The notes under the pieces are model-generated. The model was given only the letters and a program-made list of their open reading frames with translations. It searched no databases and had not been told where the DNA came from. From positions 1-36,471 of the IMG/VR virus record IMGVR_UViG_3300027798_000117: a stretch of DNA of 36,471 nt; one strand, given 5' to 3'. Every line of letters begins with the position of its first letter. Positions within the stretch are counted from its first letter, which is position 1. Made by a program: the position numbers and the translations under genes. Below, piece by piece: positions 29,155 to 36,471 of this stretch. This DNA is from a virus. Its lineage: Duplodnaviria > Caudoviricetes.

Positions 29155-30662
29155 TTAAAATTAAATCTGTAGATAGTATGATAATAGTAGGTGGCGGAAC
29201 AAGTGCTTGGCTGTGTGCGGCCTACATGTCGCACAACCACTCGCATTTAAATATCACTATTGTAGATAAAGAAGTTGGTAATCCTGTAGGTGTAGGGGAA
29301 GGAACACTTTTAAGTTTTGACAAAGTTATGGGGAACTGTGGCTTTGATATTCAAGATTGGTTTCCAAAAATAGATGCGGCCGCAAAAGCAGGTATATTGT
29401 TTCCAGGTTGGGGTAAAGATCAATACAAAGATGTATGGCATCCTTTTAAATTTCAAGGACTACAACATTCGGATATGTCATTGTTTGACTGCTGGGCTTC
29501 GCATCAGGAATATGATTTTAAAAAATATGGCTTAACATTTTATGAAAATGCTGTTGAAAAGAATTTGGTAGATGTCACAGAGCTAGATGCACATGCTTTT
29601 CATATCGATGCCGGCAAACTAGTAACTTATATACAAGAAAAATTAAACAATCGACGCAGAGTAACTATTATTAGATCCGATGTTGTCGAAGTATTGCGCA
29701 ACAGTGACACTCATGAAGTTACTGAGCTAGTTTTAAAAGACGGCCGGAGATTATCAGCAGATTTATATGTGGATTGTACAGGATTTAAAGCAATACTGGA
29801 TCACGAACCTGATAGAGTTGACCTGTCGGGTAGATTATTTTGCGATACTGCTATAGCGGCACACGTTCCTTACGAAGACATTGATACTGAATTGCGTCCT
29901 TATGTTATAAGTGAGCAGGTAGAACACGGCTGGGTATGGAATATTCCAGTACAAACACGTATCGGTTCTGGATTAGTTTTTAATCGTACACAAACTAGCA
30001 TAGAAGAAGCTAAAGATTTCTTTGTTAACTACTGGGATAATCGCATTAGCAAAGATAATTTAAAAGTAATCGATTGGACACCGTATTATAAAAATAATAT
30101 TTGGAATAAAAATGTAGTGTCTATCGGACTCAGCGCAGGCTTTATAGAACCTTTAGAAAGTACTGGAGTAGCATTAATCATTGTAGGCATAGAGCAATTG
30201 TCATTTGCAATAGACAGTAGATCTTATACCAGTACACACACCGATTGTTATAATCTCATAATGAAAGGATATTTTGAAGACAGTATTGATTTTGTCAGTA
30301 TGCATTATGCTAACCCAACCCGTGAAGGCAAACTGTGGGATTGGGTACGTGCTACGTTCGTAAAATCACAAAGACAACTGCATTACGAAAAAGAAATGCT
30401 ACGTGATAATACAGTGCTTCCTATCAAAGGCTATGGCTATATGTTTTGCGGTAGCAACTGGTTTTGTTGGTTAATTCAGATGGGCTACAAACTTAGCGAG
30501 TCACTATCTGGACTGGACAAACAACAAACCCATAAAGAATTAATGAAATTTTATAATTACGAAACCAGCAAATATACCAGATCCGTGCCACATAGAGAAT
30601 ATATCACATCTATGATTACTGGCAAATCTAACTTTGTTCCTAAACCATACACTCATGATTAA
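29151..30662 (+). CDS. Flavin-dependent halogenase, tryptophan halogenase (PrnA/RebH) family
   Basis: IIVGGGTSAW FAD motif, GVGEGT, Lys79 in DAAAKAGILF, AFHIDA, YVDCTGF, GWVWNIP (WxWxIP), FIEPLESTG. Confidence 0.92.
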   Translation: MIKIKSVDSMIIVGGGTSAWLCAAYMSHNHSHLNITIVDKEVGNPVGVGEGTLLSFDKVMGNCGFDIQDWFPKIDAAAKAGILFPGWGKDQYKDVWHPFKFQGLQHSDMSLFDCWASHQEYDFKKYGLTFYENAVEKNLVDVTELDAHAFHIDAGKLVTYIQEKLNNRRRVTIIRSDVVEVLRNSDTHEVTELVLKDGRRLSADLYVDCTGFKAILDHEPDRVDLSGRLFCDTAIAAHVPYEDIDTELRPYVISEQVEHGWVWNIPVQTRIGSGLVFNRTQTSIEEAKDFFVNYWDNRISKDNLKVIDWTPYYKNNIWNKNVVSIGLSAGFIEPLESTGVALIIVGIEQLSFAIDSRSYTSTHTDCYNLIMKGYFEDSIDFVSMHYANPTREGKLWDWVRATFVKSQRQLHYEKEMLRDNTVLPIKGYGYMFCGSNWFCWLIQMGYKLSESLSGLDKQQTHKELMKFYNYETSKYTRSVPHREYITSMITGKSNFVPKPYTHD

Positions 30663-31353
30663 GTTTAAAACATTGCAAGACGAAATTGATTTCTTTAGCT
30701 CGAGCGAAGAAATCAAAGTGCAAATACAACAGGTAGGAGATGACAAAGTTATCATAATCGATAACTTTTATAAACATCCCGAACAAGTACGGGCGTTGGC
30801 ATTGCAAATACCATCCACTCGTTCTCCAACATTGATGCATGCCTTGCCTGGCGCAAGAGTGGAAGGAACTTTTTACTTTGGCCATTTTGCAGATTTTATT
30901 CCAGAAATTATTGCCAATGTGTTTGCGGAAGATACAAAAATCGACCGTGATATTATATCAAGTTGTTTAAATCATGCTACATTCTTGGTAAATGTACAAA
31001 CCAGTAAAGAAGCTCTAAGTGCGGCCCGTGCTCCGCATGTGGATAATTTAGAAAACGGCCGATATGCCATGGGCATTTATTTAAATACACCTGAACAATG
31101 CACAGGTGGTACTGCATTTTTTAAATTTAAAGGCGAGCAAAGTTTAGATCTAGTAAACAGTGTGGATCCTGACTTGCGTGGTTATGATTTTTATGTACAA
31201 GAATCAGATGCAAACTGGGAAAAATTGTACACCGCCGAAATGAAATTTAATCGTCTTGTGATCTACAAACAGAATATACTACATACTCCTTATATTCCTG
31301 TGGACTCTTTTACAGAAGAAAATCCCAGACTAATACAGATGTTCTTTTTATGA
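30655..31353 (+). CDS. DUF6445-like 2OG-Fe(II) oxygenase-fold protein
   Basis: ATG at 30655 overlaps the halogenase stop; IIIDNFYKHPEQVR, PHVD, YLN..GGTAFF, FNRLVIY..LH, RLIQ. Confidence 0.75.
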   Translation: MIKFKTLQDEIDFFSSSEEIKVQIQQVGDDKVIIIDNFYKHPEQVRALALQIPSTRSPTLMHALPGARVEGTFYFGHFADFIPEIIANVFAEDTKIDRDIISSCLNHATFLVNVQTSKEALSAARAPHVDNLENGRYAMGIYLNTPEQCTGGTAFFKFKGEQSLDLVNSVDPDLRGYDFYVQESDANWEKLYTAEMKFNRLVIYKQNILHTPYIPVDSFTEENPRLIQMFFL

Positions 31354-31841
31354 TTATTAATACTGTTATAGTAGACGATTTCTTAGACAACCCGGACCTG
31401 GTTAGAAAATCAGTTCTTGAGTTGCCGTTTGAAGCCATAGGCCCTTACCCGGGATTGAGAAGTGATCGTGCAGACAAAGAGTACGAAGCATACGTAAAAG
31501 CCAAAATTGAAAAAATCTTAAATTGTGAGATAAAGGAATTTGTACAAGACAGCTTTCGTTTTCAACTGTGCGTGGAAAACGTTGAAACATGGGTACACAA
31601 AGACGAAACTACTTGGGCGGCTGTGTTATACCTCACACCCAATGCGCCTTATTCAGCTGGTACTGGCATATACGATGATGGCGCCAGCAACTATGATCTA
31701 GTAACTGCTATAGGAAATGTTTATAATCGGTTAGTAATTTATAGAGGTACACTTTTTCACAGAAGTATGCAAGCAGGATTTGGTAACGATAAAGAAACTG
31801 GAAGACTTACACAAGTTTTCTTTTTTAATACGGAAGATTGA
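31350..31841 (+). CDS. DUF6445-like 2OG-Fe(II) oxygenase-fold protein
   Basis: IVDDFLDNPD, YPGLRS, WVHKD, VLYLTP, YNRLVIYRG..FHRS, RLTQVFFF; ATGA overlap. Confidence 0.75.
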   Translation: MIINTVIVDDFLDNPDLVRKSVLELPFEAIGPYPGLRSDRADKEYEAYVKAKIEKILNCEIKEFVQDSFRFQLCVENVETWVHKDETTWAAVLYLTPNAPYSAGTGIYDDGASNYDLVTAIGNVYNRLVIYRGTLFHRSMQAGFGNDKETGRLTQVFFFNTED

Positions 31842-31842
31842 T

Positions 31843-32664
31843 ATGGGTAGAAAGTTATTTGTTGGATGCAGTCACACCATGGGATATATTGATCCCGAAG
31901 AGCGTTCCGAGCTAGGTCATTTTCACATATGGCAAGATAATAATTATGCTGAAATTTATGCAAAACAAAACAATGAAAAAACAGTGATATATGCCAGTAG
32001 TGGTTGCGGTAATAGAGAATATGTCAATTTTGTTGCTGATGCATTTCAAAAGTACAACGATATAGACGAAGTATTTGTGCAATCCACATACTGGGGAAGA
32101 TTTCCATTGATGATAAATCCTGGATTGGATGAAAAAGAAATATTTCCATTAGATTTCTTTTACGATAGAAACAAATGTGACCAGTTGATTGACCGATACA
32201 GTATTGGCATGATGAAGGCAGATCAATATTTAATGGCCTACTCCAAAGCCAGGCCAATTGACTATGACCGTAACCCATACATACTTAACACAGGCCCTAA
32301 TAATCAGCCAAGTTTGAATCATTCTTCCTACATGTACATTCAGTTATGGCATTATTGTCAAACACCGTTGGCACAACAGGACTATTTTAAAGATATGTTT
32401 ATGTTGGATGCGTTATGTACAAAAAACAATGCAAAAATGCACCTTTGGAACATCAATGACAAGTGTTTCATACCTGCACAAACAAACAATTTCTATTCAG
32501 CACTGCAATCAACTACTATTACAGATATTGATGCTATAACTTTTCTTAAAGATTTTAGCGATAAAGATCTAGAAACGGAAAAAGTAGATTCTGAACACTA
32601 TAACAACTATGTGCATACTCTGATTGCTAAACATTATATTCCATATCTGCGGGGTTTAAAATGA
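31843..32664 (+). CDS. SGNH-like hypothetical phage protein
   Basis: ATG at 31843 lies 1 nt after the previous stop; LFVGCSHTMG, SGCGN, QST, C-terminal DSEH (DxxH). Confidence 0.65.
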   Translation: MGRKLFVGCSHTMGYIDPEERSELGHFHIWQDNNYAEIYAKQNNEKTVIYASSGCGNREYVNFVADAFQKYNDIDEVFVQSTYWGRFPLMINPGLDEKEIFPLDFFYDRNKCDQLIDRYSIGMMKADQYLMAYSKARPIDYDRNPYILNTGPNNQPSLNHSSYMYIQLWHYCQTPLAQQDYFKDMFMLDALCTKNNAKMHLWNINDKCFIPAQTNNFYSALQSTTITDIDAITFLKDFSDKDLETEKVDSEHYNNYVHTLIAKHYIPYLRGLK

Positions 32665-33263
32665 GTATAGACAAATTTAGAGTTCCAAAGAATCCACTAA
32701 TTAGAAGTAAATGTGTTATTGGGCTTGGACGTGACGGAGTTATCAATCAAATTGTAGAACCCGCAGTCACACGCCCTGAACAATTTGATCCTATTCCTGG
32801 CAGTGTAGAAGCAGTGGCTAAACTACGTCACATGGGTTACAAAATTGTTGTGTTATCTAATCAGGGCGGCATTGATCGCGGCCATATGACAATACAGGAT
32901 GTGGAAAATATACATCAGCACATGCTGGATTTGTTTGGCAAAGCCGGATGTCCTAGCATAGACGGAATTTACTATGCCAGTGGTGCAGTTAAACAAGATC
33001 CGTTTGTTAAGCCAAATGTGGGCATGTTTAAAAGATGTGAAGAATACGACAAAGCCATTAAATTCAACGAAGGGTTTTATGTGGGAGACACAATTGCCGA
33101 TTTAAAAGCGGCCATTAAAATTGGGGCTCGTCCAGTGCTAGTGCGCTCAGGACGCGGCACCGAGACTGAAAAAGAGCTAAATAGATATGCGTACAAGGAT
33201 ATCAAGGAAAAAACTTATATCTTTGACGATTTAGCTGATTTTACAGCTAATTTAGAAGAGTAA
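32661..33263 (+). CDS. gmhB: GmhB/HisB-N-like HAD phosphatase (heptose 1,7-bisphosphate phosphatase family) with the nucleophile Asp replaced by Gly
   Basis: xRDGVIN, SNQGGI, KPNVGM, YVGD..DLKAA, LVRSGRG; motif I reads LGRDG instead of LDRDG. Confidence 0.8.
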   Translation: MSIDKFRVPKNPLIRSKCVIGLGRDGVINQIVEPAVTRPEQFDPIPGSVEAVAKLRHMGYKIVVLSNQGGIDRGHMTIQDVENIHQHMLDLFGKAGCPSIDGIYYASGAVKQDPFVKPNVGMFKRCEEYDKAIKFNEGFYVGDTIADLKAAIKIGARPVLVRSGRGTETEKELNRYAYKDIKEKTYIFDDLADFTANLEE

Positions 33264-33276
33264 CAGGAGATAAAAT

Positions 33277-33525
33277 ATGCCATTTGCTTTAAAACGTTCA
33301 ACAGCAAGACCCAAAGTCAAAGAGTGGAAACATCACGACCCAGACGGTGACGGTTATGTAGAGATTATCAAGTATAAGACTCGCGAAATTGCTGAAAGAG
33401 TAGCCGCAAAATGGGGTGCTCCGCACGGCGGAACTGTAGAAATACTTGAAGTGCCCTGGTCAGCTACACTAGATCTAGATTATCCAGATTATGACGAGAA
33501 TTATACGCATCCGTCGCAGAACTAA
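33277..33525 (+). CDS. Hypothetical protein (82 aa)
   Basis: Strong AGGAG RBS; followed by a terminator. Confidence 0.7.
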   Translation: MPFALKRSTARPKVKEWKHHDPDGDGYVEIIKYKTREIAERVAAKWGAPHGGTVEILEVPWSATLDLDYPDYDENYTHPSQN

Positions 33526-33540
33526 TTCTTACACATTTTA

Positions 33541-33568
33541 AAAATCGCTCTCCGGGGCGATTTTTTTT
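33541..33568 (+). terminator. Rho-independent terminator
   Basis: Stem AAAATCGCTC / GGGCGATTTT (one G-U pair), C(UCCG)G UNCG tetraloop, 8-T tract. Confidence 0.85.
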
Positions 33569-33598
33569 GACCATGTTCAAAATAGTGATATATACAAC

Positions 33599-34219
33599 AT
33601 GGCATACTTCCAACAACAAACAATCAGTGACTGGGCCACACATTTTTATGTGGGCCAAGTTGAAAATCATCAAGCTGTTGCACAGGCAATGGCTCCGTAC
33701 ATAGCGGACAGCAGTTATTTTACAGAACCTTGGATTTATTCAAAATGTAAATCCACATGTCAAACTCCCAAGAACAATGAATTGCCTTGGGATATATTTT
33801 ATGACGCTGTTCGACCAAATATAAAATCCTATTTTGATACACTACAACCCATGGGCGAGTATCAAGTGCGCAGTACTGAAGTTTGGTTAAATTTATATGA
33901 ACAAGGCGGTTATCAGGAAATACACGACCATGCATTTCCCAACAGATCTTTTTCATGTGCATACATGCTGGATTTGCCCGCAGAAGAAAATGCTGGCGGC
34001 GAATTGGTATTTGAAAATACCAGTTTTCCTATTGTGCAATCATCAGGACTGAACAGAATCTTTAATGCGTTTAATTATGAAAAATTTATTCCAGATGTAA
34101 CTACTGGAACCCTGGTGGTATTTCCCAGTTGGATCAAACATTATGTTTTACCAAACAAAAGTACTAGTACTAGGATCACCATCAGTGCTAACTTTATTGT
34201 TGAGGGAAATTACAAGTAA
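33599..34219 (+). CDS. TIGR02466-like putative 2OG-Fe(II) oxygenase
   Basis: WLNLYEQGGYQEIHDH, FSCAY, GGELVF, GTLVVFPSWIKHYV, RITISAN. Confidence 0.85.
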   Translation: MAYFQQQTISDWATHFYVGQVENHQAVAQAMAPYIADSSYFTEPWIYSKCKSTCQTPKNNELPWDIFYDAVRPNIKSYFDTLQPMGEYQVRSTEVWLNLYEQGGYQEIHDHAFPNRSFSCAYMLDLPAEENAGGELVFENTSFPIVQSSGLNRIFNAFNYEKFIPDVTTGTLVVFPSWIKHYVLPNKSTSTRITISANFIVEGNYK

Positions 34220-34641
34220 TGTATCCTTGGATTGTTGAATTAAAAGAACATACAGCAAGTATTGGTCATTTAGATAAAACATTATTTGATCACTTGTGGG
34301 GCACATATTCTATTTTAAAACAACAAGGCAAGCCTGAATACTTGTGTCTTGCAGGACTATTTCATTCAGTATATGAAACAGAATATTTTAAATTTGGAAA
34401 TCCATATACTAGAAAAGAGGTAGAAGAACTAATAGGCACACAAGCAGAACATTTGGTATATGAGTTTTGTAATATTGTTCCTAGAACTACCAAACTAATA
34501 GAACGCCAGGGCGAATGGCCTGATCAAATGTATGCAGATTTGTTGGATATTGAATTTGTAAATGCTGTTGAGCAAGGTTATTACAATGACAGTATGAAAA
34601 CTATTGAAGCAATCAGAAAGCATTTAATAATCAGAGACTAA
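34219..34641 (+). CDS. DUF6817-like (HD-related helical) protein
   Basis: TLFDHLWGTYSIL, CLAGLFHSVYETE, ELIGTQAEHLVYEFC; TAATG coupling. Confidence 0.7.
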   Translation: MYPWIVELKEHTASIGHLDKTLFDHLWGTYSILKQQGKPEYLCLAGLFHSVYETEYFKFGNPYTRKEVEELIGTQAEHLVYEFCNIVPRTTKLIERQGEWPDQMYADLLDIEFVNAVEQGYYNDSMKTIEAIRKHLIIRD

Positions 34642-34642
34642 A

Positions 34643-35215
34643 ATGCATAAATTATTAACAGATCTTGTTCCAAAAAGTTATAGCGACATGTTATTGCAAG
34701 AATTTTTAAATTTTAGCAATTGGAGTTTTACTTCAAGTGCTAGCAATGTGGATGAAAACTACGATAAAAACGACCCCAACATCTTAGACAGCATACAATT
34801 TGTACACGGAGTTTTTAATCATAAAATAGACAGCCCTTTATACCACACAGTACTGCCTGTTATTTGGTTTTTAGAAAAAGAAACAGGAATAAAAGTTAAA
34901 AGATTATTGCGCATCAAGGTCAATTGTTTGACAAGAGACGGTTTTGAATCCAAATACAATCCACCGCATGTGGATCTTGTGGAGCCTGGCTTTTTAAGTT
35001 TGATATACTACATCAATGACAGCGACGGAGATACTGTGTTGTTTGACAAAACAATAGATCAGGGATTTAACAATTTAAAAGTGGCAGAACGCATTACCCC
35101 ACGTCAAGGCAGTGCATTTTTAATACCCAGCAATCAGTTACATGCGAGTTCTTGTCCTATACAAAACAATCGAAGACTGGTCATTAACTTTATTTTAGAG
35201 CCGGAGAAGCAATAG
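34643..35215 (+). CDS. Putative 2OG-Fe(II) oxygenase (type common in T4-like cyanophages)
   Basis: RIKVN, PHVD, IYYINDSDGDT, LHASSCP, RLVINF. Confidence 0.8.
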   Translation: MHKLLTDLVPKSYSDMLLQEFLNFSNWSFTSSASNVDENYDKNDPNILDSIQFVHGVFNHKIDSPLYHTVLPVIWFLEKETGIKVKRLLRIKVNCLTRDGFESKYNPPHVDLVEPGFLSLIYYINDSDGDTVLFDKTIDQGFNNLKVAERITPRQGSAFLIPSNQLHASSCPIQNNRRLVINFILEPEKQ

Positions 35216-35871
35216 TGTTAAAATTACAACGTAGCATTGCACCGTTAACTGAATTTTCTCCAACATGGAGTATACCATTCTGGTATGCAAAATATGATGC
35301 TCTGGACGAAATTGATATAATGCGCCAATGGATTATTGACAACGAACAAGTTATTATTGAAAAATATGCCAAGGAGCCACGTAGAGGCGGCGACGGTGGC
35401 ACTGGCTTAGGCATGGAGAGTCTAACAGCACAGTATTCAAAATTTAATTTGTTTGAAGAGTCTAAAGATGTTCTAGAATTTCAAAATCTTTTTAAGTTCA
35501 TGCGGGAAGAATATTCAAAATTTATGGTAGAATTAAGTACTATGGAACGAAAGTGCAGTATATACTCGTGGGCAAATGTGGTACGCCCGGGTCAGGATAT
35601 CAAACGACACAATCACGGCGGCTATCATTTTTCTTATTTGAGCGGAAATATGCATTTTGACAATTACAAAACAACCACCACTTACTACAATCCATTTGAT
35701 GTCATACAATACGACATGGAAAATATCAAAGGCGGCTTAACTTTTTTTCCTAGTTACATTTTTCACAGCGTAAATAAACATGAAGAAGACAGCAAACGTG
35801 TATCAATGGCGTTTGACATTTTTGACACAGCACACTTAAAAGGTGCTGATTTTAATTCTATTGAGTTTTAA
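35215..35871 (+). CDS. TIGR02466-like putative 2OG-Fe(II) oxygenase
   Basis: GTG start overlapping TAG, preceded by GGAG; WANVVRPGQDIKRHNH, YLSG, LTFFPSYIFHSV, RVSMAFD. Confidence 0.75.
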   Translation: MLKLQRSIAPLTEFSPTWSIPFWYAKYDALDEIDIMRQWIIDNEQVIIEKYAKEPRRGGDGGTGLGMESLTAQYSKFNLFEESKDVLEFQNLFKFMREEYSKFMVELSTMERKCSIYSWANVVRPGQDIKRHNHGGYHFSYLSGNMHFDNYKTTTTYYNPFDVIQYDMENIKGGLTFFPSYIFHSVNKHEEDSKRVSMAFDIFDTAHLKGADFNSIEF

Positions 35872-35873
35872 TT

Positions 35874-36224
35874 ATGTCTAATATACCCGATAAAATACCT
35901 GATAAAATGCGTTGCTCACATGCACTGTTCAGTTGGCATGGTGCAAAACTTTCAACGCACACACGAGAATTGGCATTTGCAGTAGCAGAAGCTAAAATGT
36001 TGTTGGGAGAATTACAAAAAGGAACTATGACTTGGACACAAGTTGTCAAAGGACATAGCGCATGTATGGCAACACCCTTTGGTACCGGCGACATGGGCTG
36101 GTTTCAACAGCATGAAATTACTCCTGAAATATGGGTAGCATGTATGGTTACAAAAGTAGGAGAATTGGCGCTTGAACCTGTGCATAGCCCTTACGGACTA
36201 CATATTATTTTTAGAACAGGTTAA
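35874..36224 (+). CDS. Parvulin-type peptidyl-prolyl cis-trans isomerase (PpiC/rotamase)
   Basis: RCSHAL, HSAC, GDMGWF, EPVHSPYGLHII motifs. Confidence 0.85.
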   Translation: MSNIPDKIPDKMRCSHALFSWHGAKLSTHTRELAFAVAEAKMLLGELQKGTMTWTQVVKGHSACMATPFGTGDMGWFQQHEITPEIWVACMVTKVGELALEPVHSPYGLHIIFRTG

Positions 36225-36471
36225 ATTAGTTCTATAATATCAAATACGGTTTGAAGTTTTGTGCGTATAGCACGATTAGTAAAGCTGGTTCGTAGCCCTT
36301 GATGCAACGGCTTGGGTGCATTGTCCATGGCACACCATGCCCATCCGTTGTGTTCCAAACTTAACACTGGCACAAATTCATTTTCAACCACACACAAGTA
36401 TGTGTGAAAATGGAATACAAAGTCGTTACTGACAAATGTTTCCAAAGGAAGTGTTTTCTTGATGTCGGGTA
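36221..36471 (-). CDS. NUDIX-hydrolase-like protein, 3' portion (start lies outside the window)
   Basis: Frame is open to the window edge; ...PLETFVSND..FHFHTYLCVVENEFVPVLSLEHNGWAW..PKPLH resembles a NUDIX C-terminal half; the Nudix box itself is not visible; convergent 4-bp TTAA stop overlap with the parvulin gene. Confidence 0.6.
   Translation of the reverse strand, partial: PDIKKTLPLETFVSNDFVFHFHTYLCVVENEFVPVLSLEHNGWAWCAMDNAPKPLHQGLRTSFTNRAIRTKLQTVFDIIELI

Noticed and set aside
1-36471. Stop-codon reassignment as seen in some large phages
   Set aside because: ORFs of up to 10.5 kb are uninterrupted in the standard code, and TAA, TGA and TAG all end genes at sensible boundaries.
1-36471. 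tRNA or rRNA genes
   Set aside because: Intergenic gaps are short (at most about 100 nt) and are explained by RBS, promoter and terminator elements; no cloverleaf was seen.

Overview
Fragment of a large T4-like tailed phage genome, probably an environmental myovirus (standard genetic code; genes on the + strand except the last). Bases 72-25528 are a virion fibre/appendage module. It holds Thr/Ser-rich structural proteins, two giant paralogues (2578 and 3512 aa) with CBM5/12-like repeats, a split pectin-lyase-like beta-helix and propeller repeats, three tandem Cys-rich glycine-rich adhesin-like paralogues, and a tail-fibre assembly chaperone. After a terminator and a compact dual promoter, bases 25627-36224 form a tightly coupled cluster of tailoring enzymes: a GT9-like glycosyltransferase, a NodU-type carbamoyltransferase, two SGNH-like proteins, a flavin-dependent halogenase, five 2OG-Fe(II)-type oxygenases, a GmhB-like protein, a DUF6817-like protein and a parvulin. 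A convergent, truncated NUDIX-like gene ends the window. The main leads are (i) phycobiliprotein-like C-x-R-D-x-G-Y repeats in the giant virion protein, (ii) the Cys-rich adhesin triplet and (iii) the possibility that the enzyme cluster chemically decorates the fibres. All family calls come from motif recognition by eye; no database searches were run.
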